Assembly: GCA_951406725.2 (NCBI GenBank)
Contig: OX597816.1
Span: 31,744,001 to 31,808,000, forward strand
Direction of reading: 5' to 3'
From: Octopus vulgaris
Lineage: Eukaryota
DNA length: 64,000 nt
Numbering within the stretch: the stretch's first letter is position 1; each line of letters opens with the position of its first letter. Shown piece by piece: positions 13,572 through 26,990 of this stretch. The notes beneath the pieces are model-generated. The model ran no database searches and was not told where the DNA came from. It saw nothing but the letters and a program-made list of their open reading frames with translations. The translations under genes were made by a program, and so were the position numbers.

Positions 13572-14292
13572 GATGGGATAGCGGAAAAAAAAACGTTCGA
13601 AAAAACAAAAAAACAAAAAACAAAAATTATCGTATGAAAAAAATAGAAAAAAAGGATAGCGAAAAAAGGGGAAAAAACAAACGTTCAAAAAAACAAAAAA
13701 ATAATAATCGTATGAAAAAACTAGATAAGTAAGCGATAGGGGCAGAAAAGACGTGGCAAACGGAAAAGGGAAAGAAAGAAGGGAAGCAGAGAGAGGGGGA
13801 GGCAAAAAAGGGGGGTGCAGGCAGAGGAAACGGAGTATGGACATCCAGAGAGGGAAGAAAGACGGAAAGGAGAACAAATATGCAGGAAAATGTGGAAAGC
13901 ATGAAATGAATGTAAAAAAAGTGGTAATATAAGAGAAAATAAAAATACAACAAACGGGACAGTTTATGCGAACAAGTTCAAGGTTGAAAGTTCAAGGTGA
14001 GAAATGTGTAGACGTCGTGGTATTTTTTTTTAAGGATTTCACATCAATGCAAAGTCACTTTGATCCGCGAAAGAGAGGTGCAGCCAATGGTAAGTATCCA
14101 AGAGGTAAAGAAAATCCAAGGTAGAGGTAGGTGTTGATAGTGGTATTGGTAGAATATAGGATGAAAGTGAGATCACGTGAGCGCATAATATATAACGGGA
14201 AGCTTTATGAAAATAAACAAAAGACGAAGGCAGGTGGAAAACAAACAAACAATTGTATTAGTATGGCGCTCAGGAAATATAAATAAAACAAG

Positions 14293-14330
14293 TCTTTAAC
14301 GTTTCGAGCCTACGCTCTTCAACAGAAAGA
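14293..14330 (-). ncRNA. Minimal hammerhead-like motif in PLE pseudo-LTR (copy 2)
   Basis: TCTTT-CTGTTGAA-GAGC-GTAG-GCTC-GAAACGTT-AAAGA: stem I TCTTT/AAAGA, stem II GAGC/GCTC, palindromic ACGT stem III. Confidence 0.55.
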
Positions 14331-15189
14331 TACACAGAGAGAAAAAAAAAAACACAGAAAGAAGGAGATACAAAAATGCGTGCAGTAGCTAACGAATCAA
14401 CATGGTTATCTGATTTCGGCCAGAGGTCAAAGATCAAACATGAGACGCGAGAGCGAAATAAGGGGAGATAATAGGGTTGATAATAGGGTTGAGGGACCAG
14501 CTAATAGTGCGTAGGAGGGGTCTGGATGTGTGTATGTATAGGGTTGGTGTATGTATTAGTATGTATAAGGATGTGTGTGTGTGTGTGTGTGTTGAGAGAG
14601 TATTAGTGCGTAGGATTGGTCTGGACGTGCGTATGTATGAGGTTGGTGTATGTATTAGTATGTATTAGTATGTATTAGTACGTATTAGTATGTATAAGTG
14701 TGTGTGTGTGTGTATGAGAGAGTATAAGTGCGTATGCGGGGTCTGGACGTGTGTATGTATAGGGTTGGTGTATGTATTAGTATGTACTAGTATGTATTAG
14801 TACGTATTAGTATGTATTAGTTGGTGTATGTATTAGTATGGCACATCATATGTGATGTGATGTGTAAAGTCATGTGGTGTAGTGAGGAGAAGAGGGGGGA
14901 AGAGGGGGGAAGAAGAAGGGGGAGAGGGGGGAAGAGGAGAGGATGGGGGAGAAGGAAGGGGAAGAGGGGGGATGAATGAGGAAAGAGGGAGAGGGGGAGA
15001 GAGAAGGGGAGAGAGGGAGTGAGGGAGCAGAGGGAAGGGGAAGAGGGAGGGAGAAAGAGGGAAGAAGGGAAGGGGAGTAGGGGTGAAAGGATGAAGGACT
15101 GAAGAAGTAGGGGTCGGGGGGAAAGGATAGGTGAGGAGGGGGGAGAGGGGGGTAGATGAGGAGGGGGGAGAGGGGGGTAGATGAGGAGG

Positions 15190-15959
15190 GGGGGAGAGTT
15201 GAGACCAAATGGCGTATAAGAGCGAAGAGAGAAGATTAATTCCTGTTCACGGCGCAAACGGGAATCCGGATGGCCTCTGTGTAAGGACAAACCGAACACA
15301 GATAGGTGTTGCAAGGAGTGACCGGTGGAGCGGAAATGGCGTGAGACCGGTTTGTCGTTCGCAAGGTGGATGTCACGAAGGTGTTCCGCGAACCGTTCAG
15401 CCAAGCGGCGTCCCGTCTGTCCGATGTACAAGGAATTGCAGAGAGAGCAAGAGATGCAATAGATAATATTGCTGGAGGTGCAGGTGAAGGAGCGGATGAT
15501 GAGATAGGGTCGATGGTGGGTGCTAGTGAGGCGGGTGGTGTTGGATAGGTAAGGGCAAGTGCGGCAACGTGGGCGGGAGCAGGGGAACGAGCCGGGTTGG
15601 GAGGTAGGGTCAGGGAAGGAGCTATGGACCAAAAGGTCTCGAAGGTTGTGGGCTCGTTTGAAAGAGGGGAGGGGTCGGTTAGGGAAGAGGTGTGAAGTGG
15701 ACGGGTCGGACTGGAGATGACGGAAAGCTCGAAGAATGGTGCGTTGGAGACGTAGGGTCGTGGGGTGGTAAGTGAGGGGAAAAGCGAGGCGGGAGACTAC
15801 AGGGCGGGTTCGGGGAGAGAGAGCAGATACACGGTCCACGGACCGTGCTCTGGCAAGGGCGGTGTGGATAGTGGTGAGGGGGTATCCACGTAGGGTGAAG
15901 TGGTGAGCCATACGTTGAGACTGAGTCTCAAAGTCATGGTCGTCACTACAGAGCCTACG
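15190..15959 (-). pseudogene. 5'-truncated PLE copy: RT C-terminus and in-frame GIY-YIG endonuclease
   Basis: ORF 14817-16025 reads RRLCSDD...CSRPRCRTCPYL...YIGQTGRR...GLN without a break. Confidence 0.88.
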
Positions 15960-17993
15960 ATAGAAAAGAATAGAACAGACAGAACGTAATGTACCATACT
16001 GGCTTAGACGAATTTTTAGAAACAAAGAAAGTTAGAAAGACAGACTGATAGGTTGAGTAGAGAGGAATTGCAGAACGAAACCATAAGAATAATGTTCGAA
16101 ACGACATATAGAATAAGAGATGAAGGTTATGAGGTGATATTGGAAGAAAATTTAAAAAACCATTAGTAGCAATTAAAGCGAAACTGGAATGATATTACAG
16201 ACTAAAACTAGTCCAGAAGCACGGATTGTTTGGAGCAAATCTAGATACTGTTTCAGAAACTAGATGGGAGTATACACATAACAATGATACAAGATGAAGA
16301 GGAAAGCGGATAGCTCAATTACTAGATGAGTGCTTGCTGGAAGACGCAATACCCAGCTGGATGGCAAAGGGAAAGACATTGTAACATGTCATAGAACCTG
16401 AAAAGGGAAATGTAGCATATCAATAACGTAAATTCCGCTTGTGTGGAAACTAGTCTCATGTGCTTTAGCCGGTGAACGATACAGGTACTTCGAAAAAATG
16501 GGCTGTTACCCAATGAACAGAACGAGTGCCGAAAAAGGAGCCGGGGGACGAACTATCAGCTCTTAATTGACAACCTAATTATCAGGAGCAGCAAAAGAAA
16601 ACATACACACCTGAGCACTACATAAGTTGACTTTTGCGACGCTTACGATATTATACCACTCTCCAGGATAATAAGAACACTGCAAATATATGCTGTAGCA
16701 GAAAATATGAGAAGCCTTATATGGAATAGCATGAAATGCTGGAGAACAGAATTGACAGTAGGTAAACAAATACTAGGAGAGGTGAAAAATCAAGAGAGGA
16801 AACTTTCATGATGTGGGCGTGTCCCACTGATTTTTATGCGGGGAATGATCTCCCTGGGTGAAATACGACAGAAAACAAAGTTGGGGTATGATGTGAGAAG
16901 TGGTAAGGGAAAATTGAAAAACTTGGTATTCGGGTAAGTCATGAATCTGTTCACAAAAACTGAGGCAGACCTTGAGGGTTTAGTCCAGTTCGTGCAGGTT
17001 TTCTCCAATAATATTAAGATGGAATTTGGACTCTCAAAATGTGCTAGGACGGAGAAGAAGTACAAAAATGACATAAAAACGAATTAGTAAGAGGGACTAC
17101 ACAATCAGTACTATGTAGCTACAACAGAACTTGTTGAACAAATAGGTGGGATTGGCTGATAAAAGATAAGATTGGCTAATGAACAAATAGGTGGGACTGG
17201 CGGATGAAAAATAAGAGACTCAGATGTATATTAACAGTGCAAGACTAAGCTTTGGCCATGAACTTGAGGATCAAACTTAGGATGAGCAAGTGTTTCCGCT
17301 GGGCCGCATCAGCAATAGAGTTGATGAAACCATTAACTTTATCATGCACGAATACCCTAGACGTGACCGAAACCACTTTAAGATGTGGCAAAACAACAAA
17401 GTAGCAACGTACTTCAATGGAAACTGTGCGAAAAGTGGGGCTAGGGAGAGTCAAGAAGTTGTATGAGAGCAAACCGCAGAGAGTGACGGAATTGGATACT
17501 AGCAAAATCCTCTGGGATTTTCCAATCAAAACAGATCAGGTGCTGGTGCATAACAAACCAAACCAAGTGGTGGTGGACAAGGTGCACCACATATGCTATA
17601 TAGTTTATGCTGTTTGCCCCTGTGACCCAAGAATAGAAAAGAAGGAAGTCGAATATACATATAGATACAACCCTCTATTAAGTTACAAACAGCGTGGCTA
17701 TGGAAAATTAAGTTGGAATTAGTGCCAATTGTTGTTGGGTCATTTGGAACATTACCAAAAGGCATCAAGAGGAAATTAAGGGAAATTTAAATAGAGTTCC
17801 CAGTAGGACATTTAAAATAATGTTTGCTTCCTTGGTACGCCAGAATAAGCAGGAAAGAATTAGTTAGCTGAAATGAGCGAATAGCATGGAACCGTAGTTT
17901 GCAGGTAGAAAGTCCACTACGCATACGAGACTTCAGCAAGGAGCTCCAACAGGAGCTCTAACAGGAGCTCCAACAAGACCTGTGATACAGAGA
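15960..17993 (+). pseudogene. Highly degenerate R4/Dong-like LINE (older subfamily)
   Basis: ORF 17417-17722 (KILWDFPIKTDQVLVHNKPNQVVVDK...RIEKKE) is RLE-like; RT remnants (EQNECRK.SRGT near 16515, MEFGLSKCA near 17020); ends in an AAT-rich tract. Confidence 0.7.
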
Positions 17994-18040
17994 TAATAAT
18001 AACAACAACAAAAATAATAATAATAAAAAAAACATAATAC

Positions 18041-18078
<38 letters not shown>

Positions 18079-18079
<1 letters not shown>

Positions 18080-20211
18080 GATATCACAAAGGCTGAACAA
18101 GCACCTGGACGAAAACAAACTGTTCCCAGAAGAACAGAAAGGATGCCGCAAAGGCTCATATGGCTGTAAAGATCAACTAATGGTTAATAAAGCCATAACT
18201 GAAGACAGCCACAGAAAGAAGAAAGGCCTCAGTATGGCCTGGATTGACTACAAAAAGGCGTTTGATGGCATCCCCCACACATGGATCCTCGAAACACTAG
18301 CCATTAACAAAGTAGCACCAACAATCATAAAATTCATAGAGCACTCTATGAATAAATGGCAAACAGTCCTACACCTCCAAACAAAAGAGGGACTCATGAA
18401 AACCAAAGACATCCCCATTAGAAGAGGAATATTCCAGGGAGACACGCTCTCTCCACTCCTTTTCTGCTTGGCACTGTCACCTCTATCTGATATGCTAAAT
18501 AGAACTGGATGCGGATATAAATGTTACGGCGAAACGATCAGCCACCTTTTATATATGGATGACCTAAAACTATACGCTGCAAATGACAAAGAGCTGGAAA
18601 CACTATTAAAGACAGTTCATGGATTTACCAAAGAAATAGATATGAAATTTGGATTAGAAAAATGCGCCAAAGTAAACCATGAAAAGAGGAAAACTAGTTA
18701 AGAGTAACAACATCACACTAGATAAAACCAATTAAATAAAAGAATTAGACCAAAGCCAAACTTACAAATACTTAGGAATCCATGAACTAGATAAGACATA
18801 ACACACACAAATGAAAGAGAAAATAAAAAAAGAATATTATAGACGAGTTAGATCGATACTAAACACAGAGCTCAATGCTAAAAACAAGATAATAGGTATC
18901 AACACTTTAGCTGTCCCAGTTATAAGTTACAGCTACAATATCCTTAACTGGACACGAAATGAACTGACCAAAATAGATAGGAAAACAAGAAAAATAATGA
19001 CAGGATCTAGGATGCATCACCCAAAATCTGACATAGAAAGACTATATATACAACGTATAGAAGGTGGTAGAGGCCTTATACAGCTGGAAAACTACTATAA
19101 AATAACCACCATAGGACTGCAAAAATATCTACTTCAGAAGGAAGGAAAAATGATCCAGATAGCGGCAAAACACGAGCAAAACAAAAAACTGTTCTCAGTA
19201 TTTAAGGAAGCTGACAAATACAAACAAGAAATCATACCACCTAATAAACATGAAGAAGAAGAAGAAGATGAGGAAACAACAAAAGCTATAAAACAAATGA
19301 AATCCAAACTAAAAATAGAACAGCAACGAACCATGATAAAACGATGGCAAGAAAAGCCCCTTCATGGTAAATACTGGACTAAACTAAACGCAAAAGAAAT
19401 AGACAAAGAAAAATCCCAGCAATGGTTGAGTAGCTCAGGACTCAAAGCAGAGACAGAGGGATTTTTAATTGCAGCACAAGACCAAAGCCTCCCCACCAGA
19501 AATTACCAAAAACATGTAATGAAAAGAAATATTACAAGTAACTGCAGAATATGTGGAGATGGACAAGAAACAATAAATCATATTATCTCTAGCTGCCCAG
19601 TCCTGGCTAAGAAGGAATATATTCACAGACATGACAGAGTTGGAACCTACATACATTGGAAGCTATGCCAACATTATGGAATAACAACAGAAAAAAGATG
19701 GTATAAGCACACACCAGAAAAGGTCACAGAAAACGAGAAAGCAACCATACTCTGGGATATGCCGATACACACAGATAGAGCAATTAAGGCCAGCAGACCA
19801 GATATAGTTGTCAGAGACCATGAAGAAAAAAATGCTTTCTAATTGATGTATCAATACCGGCTGATGACAACGTGTCTCTAAAAGAAATGGAGAAACTCTC
19901 AAAATACAAAGACCTGGAAATAGAGGTAACTAGAATGTGGAATCTGAAAACAGAAACAATTCCTATCATAGTAGGTGCATTAGGCATGATAAAAAAAATA
20001 TTCAGACAAATACATAACAAAACACCAGGACTTACAAACACATATAACATACAGAAAATTGCACTACTAGGCATTGCACACATCCTACGCAGAACACTTT
20101 CCATACAATAACCATCAGAGCATCACAACAAATCACAGCACATACCCAAAGCACACAGAACTGCGCTCGGTGAAAGCATGCTATAAAAATAAAACTATAA
20201 AAATAAAACTA

Positions 20212-20294
<83 letters not shown>

Positions 20295-20328
20295 TAATAA
20301 TAATAATAATAATAATAATAGTAATAAT
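18079..20328 (+). mobile_element. 5'-truncated R4/Dong-like RLE LINE with (AAT)n tail, few lesions
   Basis: RT (WIDYKKAFD, GIFQGDTLSPLLF, LYMDDLKLY), CCHC knuckle (CRICGDGQETINHIISSC) and RLE (RPDIVV...IDVS...EKLSKY) across ORFs 18180-18701, 18811-19842 and 19872-20111; frameshifts near 18675 and 19830; (AAT)n on both sides. Confidence 0.93.
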
Positions 20329-21998
20329 AAACATTTGGAAGGCAGCTGAAAAATTATGGATACCTAGCGAGAATAAGCATGAACCTGAGCCAAAGCAAAA
20401 TAATAATACTATGCGTATATATTCGTGTGTATACCTACGTGTTTCTCTGTTTGCTTGTGGAAATGTGAAAATATTTCTGCATAAATAGCCTATAGTATAA
20501 TATATTGACGATGTACAGAATAGAAATTTGGGGTTTCTGCATTAAACTTTGCATCATTTCTAAAGTAGCGACGCGAGAAAGTACTGGTGTTGAAATTTCA
20601 TTTGGCGTTTATTCTCATCAAATTGGGTTCTCGTTAAAGATCACAGAATTTTAACCGTTCATTGGATCCTTAATAATAGCTTACAGATAATGGTTGCCTT
20701 TAAAATTCTATTGTGAACTACGCACTCCATATTTACAAGTTAACTTCCTCTTTATTTATTTTTGCCTAGTATCTTCGTTTGATATGCACGCATATTATTG
20801 AATCAAATCATAAGGTACTTTCATAATAGTATTCAATTTATTCTATGCACTACATTTTTTTTTTTTGTTAATATATTCTCGTAATTTGAAAAGTTACTTG
20901 ACTATGCACAACATATTTTGTTTCGCAGAAACGCTAAATACCGTATCGCTGATAATATTCAAGACTTTGATAGAGACAGACACAACGTATAGTAACGTTA
21001 ACGGCTCTCATCCTGTAATTAATCTCTTATTCTAACTTAACGATCTAAAATACAATCCTATAATCTTTAGCATCTTTATGATAATTCTTTTAAGCAGAAA
21101 TTATCTGTTACTCAATTACTCATCCAGAAAAAAAATATCATCTCATAACGTTTGTAAAACACATATGACAGCAACCAAATACCCACTAATTTATACATCA
21201 CCAGTATAATAAAATCATTTTTATTTCATTATCAGTAAAATATAATTTCCTTGTCAGTAAAATATACTTCAAAATTAAATATATTTGCAAGGATCAAGGC
21301 CTTGCTCTTTGCATATTTCTTTTTTTTTATTGATGTTTTTATCTTTACTTGCACTTTCTATTATCAAGTTAAATATTTATACACTGTTGTACATACTTTC
21401 GTTTCACCACAAAATTATTCATATAGAAATAAAGACTTTTATATATGTTTGTTGAGCATCTCACATAAATATAGAAGAAAATTTACAGCTATGTACCAGC
21501 ATCTGATTTATCTAACAAGCAGGTACAGCCAGTGTAGTTGACACGCGTGAGTGCGTGTGTGTGTGAGTATGCATTTATCTCTGCCTGTCTGTCTGTTTGT
21601 CTCTCTCGCTCTCGCTCTTTCTCGTTCTCTTTCTCTCTCTCACTCTACACACACACCTATATATCTCTATGTATAAAACTGAGAATGCATGTGTGTGCGT
21701 TTGTGTCTGTCTCAGTCTGTATCTGTGCATCGCTACAACTTGTGAACTAACCTATAAATTCCAATATAATTTACACATGCCTTAATTAGGGTGTATGAAG
21801 CGTCATGGGCCACACAGAGTTCAAGATTTTGCCTAATACCAGCCTGGAGCAATCACTTATCTCTTGCATGTTTCGGTATTACCTGTCAAAATGAACAATA
21901 CCGTCTTTATTGTAATGTAATACAATACTTTCACTATTATATGGTTTCAATTTCAATATTTCAATTACTTTCACTATGCATTTATATACTTGTATATA

Positions 21999-22060
<62 letters not shown>

Positions 22061-22063
<3 letters not shown>

Positions 22064-22204
22064 GACTTGGATTTGTGCTAAGGAACTTGCTTCCCAGACA
22101 CATGGTTACTGTTTCAACCCCAACGCGTAGGACTACCGTACCCTTTGACTGCCCAAAGCCATGTCAGTGGATCTGGTTGACGGAAACTGAAAGTCGTCAG
22201 TCCC

Positions 22205-22235
<31 letters not shown>

Positions 22236-22563
22236 GGATATATATTATACATATATTAAATAGAGCATCAGGCTTACCACAGTATTTTGAGTGGATTTCG
22301 TACACGGAAACTGAAAGGAGACTGTCGCATATATGTATATTTGTTTGTGTATGTGTATGTAAATGTGTGTGTGTGTTTGTGCCTCTCTTTGCGCCTCTGT
22401 TTGCACCCCTACCATTGCTTGACTATCAATATTGGTCTGCTTATGTATCCATAACCTAGCCATTCGGTAAATGAAACTGATAGCATATGTGTTAGGCTTA
22501 CAAAGAACAAATCGTCCGTTCTATGTGTTCGACCAACGGCAGTGCTTCAGTATGACCACATTT
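22061..22563 (+). mobile_element. Degenerate SINE family A copy with internal (TA)n
   Basis: Head (cttgcttccc...cacatgg), body (gtggat.tgg..gacggaaactgaaag) and tail (ggcagtgcttcagtatgaccaca) resemble the copy at 61213-61647. Confidence 0.6.
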
Positions 22564-22943
22564 GAACGTCATACCTCTTAAATTCACGTGAGGAAACACA
22601 ACTACTCTGCGGGATACATCCAAACCAGCGTGTACAGATTCCCTCCCAGGAGGGATTGCTCCCAAATGAGCTAAAACGATTGTAGTGATCAATGAATATT
22701 CTCATACCCTACACGTTATATCATTTTAATTAATTACAGATCCCCACGAACACTAAGTCACTGACTGCACTTTGCCGGTTAGCTACCAGGTCTATACCAC
22801 GCAATTTATTAACTACTACATATTGTGTATATACATACACACACACATACACACACACGCAAACACACACACACACACACATATATATATACATATATAC
22901 ATATATATATATATAAGTATATAGATATATGAATATATAAATT

Positions 22944-22974
<31 letters not shown>

Positions 22975-22994
22975 ATGTATGCATGTATGTATGT

Positions 22995-23072
<78 letters not shown>

Positions 23073-23202
23073 TTTATAAAAGCAGGCGCATATGTACATT
23101 GCAATGAGCGGATCGATAATAAAATTAACGAATTATCCTACTCATGACGCACGGTTATTAGACATATCTTCTTGATTTTGTGGCTTATGAATTTTCTCCA
23201 GG

Positions 23203-23360
23203 GACAGGATGTCGGTCCATCGAAGGATTACTCATTTATACCGGATGAAATGTTTTGAGCAACATGAAATGACTGCTCAAGAACGAAACGCAATGACCGG
23301 TCGTGGAATAAAAGCTCCAAACTTAGGTTTATGGTTTCAAGGGACTTATCACTGAACCAC
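23203..23360 (-). mobile_element. Degenerate tRNA-derived SINE
   Basis: Minus strand begins CGTGGTTCAGTGATAAG (A-box-like) and ends in an old SINE central-domain-like stretch (cgatggaccgacatcctgtcc). Confidence 0.4.
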
Positions 23361-24532
23361 GTACCTACATATCTCGTTTATTTCAGCATGCAAATTTGAT
23401 TACATTCTACGCATGTTCAGCCTTCTCTTTATACTTTTCCTTTGCTGAATATTGAAGTCATCGAAATTACGAAATGTGTTTGCAATATAAAGCTAAAAAT
23501 ATTCGCAATGTTTTGAAATATAAGTGGACGTAAAATACATACATATTTAATACGTAAGTAAAAACAACATTACAATACTCGCCATCCTATCTGCCGGTAA
23601 TTGTTGTGCGCGCGCAGAATAGAATATTTTCCCATCTACACATAAGCAAATACCTATTCTTTTCATGTTTTTAGTATCACACATAATGAAGAGAGGCGAC
23701 AATTGTTAATGACATTTTAGCGATAATGCAGAAATCAATACTTTTGTATTTATATGATCTCCTTTTAGGCTATGACAAATCTTTTATATGGGAAATAATA
23801 TAATTTTTTTCAACAGGTAGCTTCAAAATGCTCAAAGATGTAATTTTCTTCAAGAATTCACAAATCCATGTCTGTTGTTCACCATTTTCAACGCCTGTAG
23901 TAGAATGCTGTACTTCTGTAAGAGACATATCTCCCACTTTCCTGAATCGGTTATACAGGGGGCGCCTAGCATGAAATTGAAAATTCAATTTAATCAGTCC
24001 CCTGATTAATGTAATTTAGAATCCTCATGTATTTGAATTGTTAACTTATATGTTGTTGTTTATAGCATAGCAATATATGCTTTATATGCTTCTTTTGTGC
24101 AAATCTTATTTTAAACATTTTGTTGTTGTTAGACTCTTATATCAAATGTAGATAACGAGAGAAACTGCTATAAAATGGGTAGAGAATAGGCTTGCAGAAA
24201 TTGCTTAGAGCAGATTTTTTCTGCTCGTGATGGAAAAGTATGCTATCTTGGTTTTTTCTTAATACTAGGTGTAAAATTAATCTTACGTTAGTGTTAGTTG
24301 CCAATTGATAAGGATAAACATATTATGTGGAGTTTCTGAATAACTGTTAAAAAATTAGGATATGATTATTTTTTTAATGTTATTTTCTGTTCATGAACAG
24401 TTGTATCGCTGTGAACATACTGTCATACATTTTAAGCCAGCAGATGTTAGAGGCGTACTGAAATAATGAGCATCACGTGTAAAGCATTAATTATGAAATC
24501 GATATATTGAATAAGCTCTTTCTAATAGTAGT

Positions 24533-24724
24533 TTCAAATTTTGGTACAAGGGAAGTAAGATGATTACATTGCCAACAGTGGTGAAATGGTACTTACGCTG
24601 TCGATCCTGAAAGAATGAAAGGCAATATGGTACTCAGTGGATTTGAACTCAGAATGCAAAGACAAAAGAAAGACCACGAAAGCATTTTGCCTAGCGTACT
24701 AATGATTCTACCAGTTTGTCACCC
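24533..24724 (-). mobile_element. Degenerate SINE family B (Nin-domain-like)
   Basis: Reverse-complement similarity to 60300-60501 (ttctgagttca.at, ttcattctttc...tcga). Confidence 0.6.
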
Positions 24725-25479
24725 TCTGCTCTTTCTAAAATAAAAAAAATATATATATTTAAGAGAATGAAGGATGATAGAGTCTCAATAAAAGTCACTA
24801 AGTTTGATGTCAAAGGGCGAAAGAGTACAAGACACACAGAACCGACTGTATATGAAGCTAATTTTTTTTTTTGAGAGGTTGTTTTGTATTTGTCCCCTTA
24901 ATCCTTTCTGTCGGAGAGCGTACACTCGAAACGGAAAATACATTTCCATTCTGCCCGAATGTCAAACTAGTACAACTGTTTGTTCTTATTTCGCTTGCTT
25001 TCGTCTTTTGTTTACTGTAAATTTGAACTACACACGCAATCGCACTCAAACACACATGCACTCACTACGCTCATACACACAGTAACACACACACATATAT
25101 GTATATATATATATATACATACATATATATATATGCATATATATATTTGTGTGTTAGGTGCGTGTATCCATTATAGAATACATATAGCCTTAGGATGAAG
25201 ATTTCTGTAGATGTGATATTTATATTTAAATGTTCTAGATTACTTGTTTCAAGGTACATGAAAATCATTCAAATGATCATATCGTTATTTATTAAGAAAT
25301 GTTTAACTACACATTCTATAAATTTTCTATAGAAACGATTTCCCATTTAACATTAGTTGCTTAGATTGCCTTATTTATTTGGCTCTCTAGCTTTTCGCAG
25401 CACAAGTAAATGAATAAGAGATGTGTTCATATGAATAAGTATAATGTCACTGGCTGCAGCTACACAGCGTTTATAAGAC

Positions 25480-26990
25480 CCCAAAAGTCTAAATAACTGT
25501 TCTGCATTTTCTATTTTGCTCCGATGCCATTCGGGTTGAGTGTCATCAGAGGGGAAAGAAATCGATGAGTTTATTAGAAAAGCAAGAGCAAAACGTTCAC
25601 CATGGAGCGATAGAATTAGATACAGGGTTTAAAAGAATTGCCCAAAGTTGCGTTTACGATTATATACATTTGATAAGAGTCATATAGAAACGGAAGAAAA
25701 ACGTAGCAGAGCCTTGGTGTATAGCTGAAATGTATATATTTACCTAAAGAGGAAAAAAAATTAGAGAAATTCAGGCCCGTGTCACTGCTAAATATCGAAC
25801 CGAAGATCATGTTTGACATTCTTGCCAGGCAAATCATAGGATTCCTACAGCATAACAGATATGTTAATGAAGCCATCCAGAAGGCAGGGATCCCTGAAAT
25901 TAATGGATGCATAGAACATGCATTTGCCGTCTGGGAAGTTATCAACTGTGCAAAATAACTGAAGAGAAATCTTCAAATTTTTCGGTTCTATCTTGCCAAA
26001 CCATATGGATCTGTTCCACTCGCACTATTTCAGCAGATATCGACTTCTTTTAGATTCCAGAAGATGTTCAACCCCTACTGATAGGTTACTATCATAAACT
26101 GAGGATGAGAATTACAACAAAAATGTTCACAACGGAGTGGCAACGGCTAGAAATAGGTATTGAAGTTGGATGCCCGATATCAGTTTAATTATTTGTGCTA
26201 GTTATGGAGTTCTTACTAAAATCAACAAACTGAGAAATATTTTGCAAAGATACCACAAAAAGCATCTATGGACAAAATTACCGTATTATCAGAGACTAGA
26301 GAAGTAGCAGATGGGACGTTAGAGCGGCGGGGTGAACCAATAGGATGGGCGAGAATGTAATTCAAAGTGGGGCATTCGTGACAGGAGTCCAAAAAGAAGT
26401 GAATTTCAGGATAGTTGGTGAAGACATACCAACGGTGAAAGAAAAACCAGTAGAGGGTCTCGGAAAGGGGTACAGGGATTTAATATATGATAAGAAGCAA
26501 AGAAAAAGAAACACACGTTTCAGTGGAACTGGGTCTAAATGTAATTAACAGAGCAACATTGCTGGGAAAATTCAAATGCTGAATAATGCCATTTCGACGG
26601 TACCCAACGATAATGTTACCTTTGCAACTGTATGAAATAGCCTCGAGTAGAGGAGAAAGGATTGGAGAAAGATGCAGTGTATTTATTAGAAACTGGCTTG
26701 GTCTTCCAAAACCACTGATTATAATTGCGCTCTATGGAAAAGCTATGTTGAGACCACCGATAACATCAATCGTCAAAGAATATAAGGCAGGAAAGGCCAG
26801 GACAGTAATGAAGCTAAGGTATTCGAAAGATTGGACCATCTGAGAAATCCCCCACAAAAGTACGAACAAGGAGGAAATGAAAAACGGAAGAAGCAGTGAA
26901 TAGCGTGAGCAGAAAGTTAAGGGGTGCCGATAAAGTCGGAGCGATGCAAGAACCAATAGCCGGTCTAGGGTTGCTCGATTTCAAACCATT
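25480..26990 (+). pseudogene. Degenerate HERO/R2-group RLE non-LTR retrotransposon
   Basis: Hand translation gives FRPVSLLNIEPKI...IQKAGIP..NGCIEH..AVWEVINCAK and DLAK.YGSVP-like RT blocks (25770-26020); ORF 26586-26843 has FIRNWLGLP...ALYG...EYKAGKAR; many stops and frameshifts. Confidence 0.75.

Larger units (their letters stand above)
9707..15959 (-). mobile_element. Penelope-like retroelement (Neptune-like), partial tandem arrangement with pseudo-LTR
   Basis: PLE RT motifs (IKPADKGGAVVV, LPKIHK..PGRPIVS, GVAMGTRMGP.YANLF, GRYIDD, FLD); GIY-YIG endonuclease (NIIYCISC..C..LYIGQTGRRL..RF.EH) preceded by CSRPRCRTC; ~1.75-kb direct repeat 9707-11458 / 14189-15959. Confidence 0.93.

Noticed and set aside
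21860-21915. Minus-strand GGTATT...AATACC-GAAACATG hammerhead-like half
   Set aside because: The core reads ATAAAGA and no stem I was found; too decayed to call.
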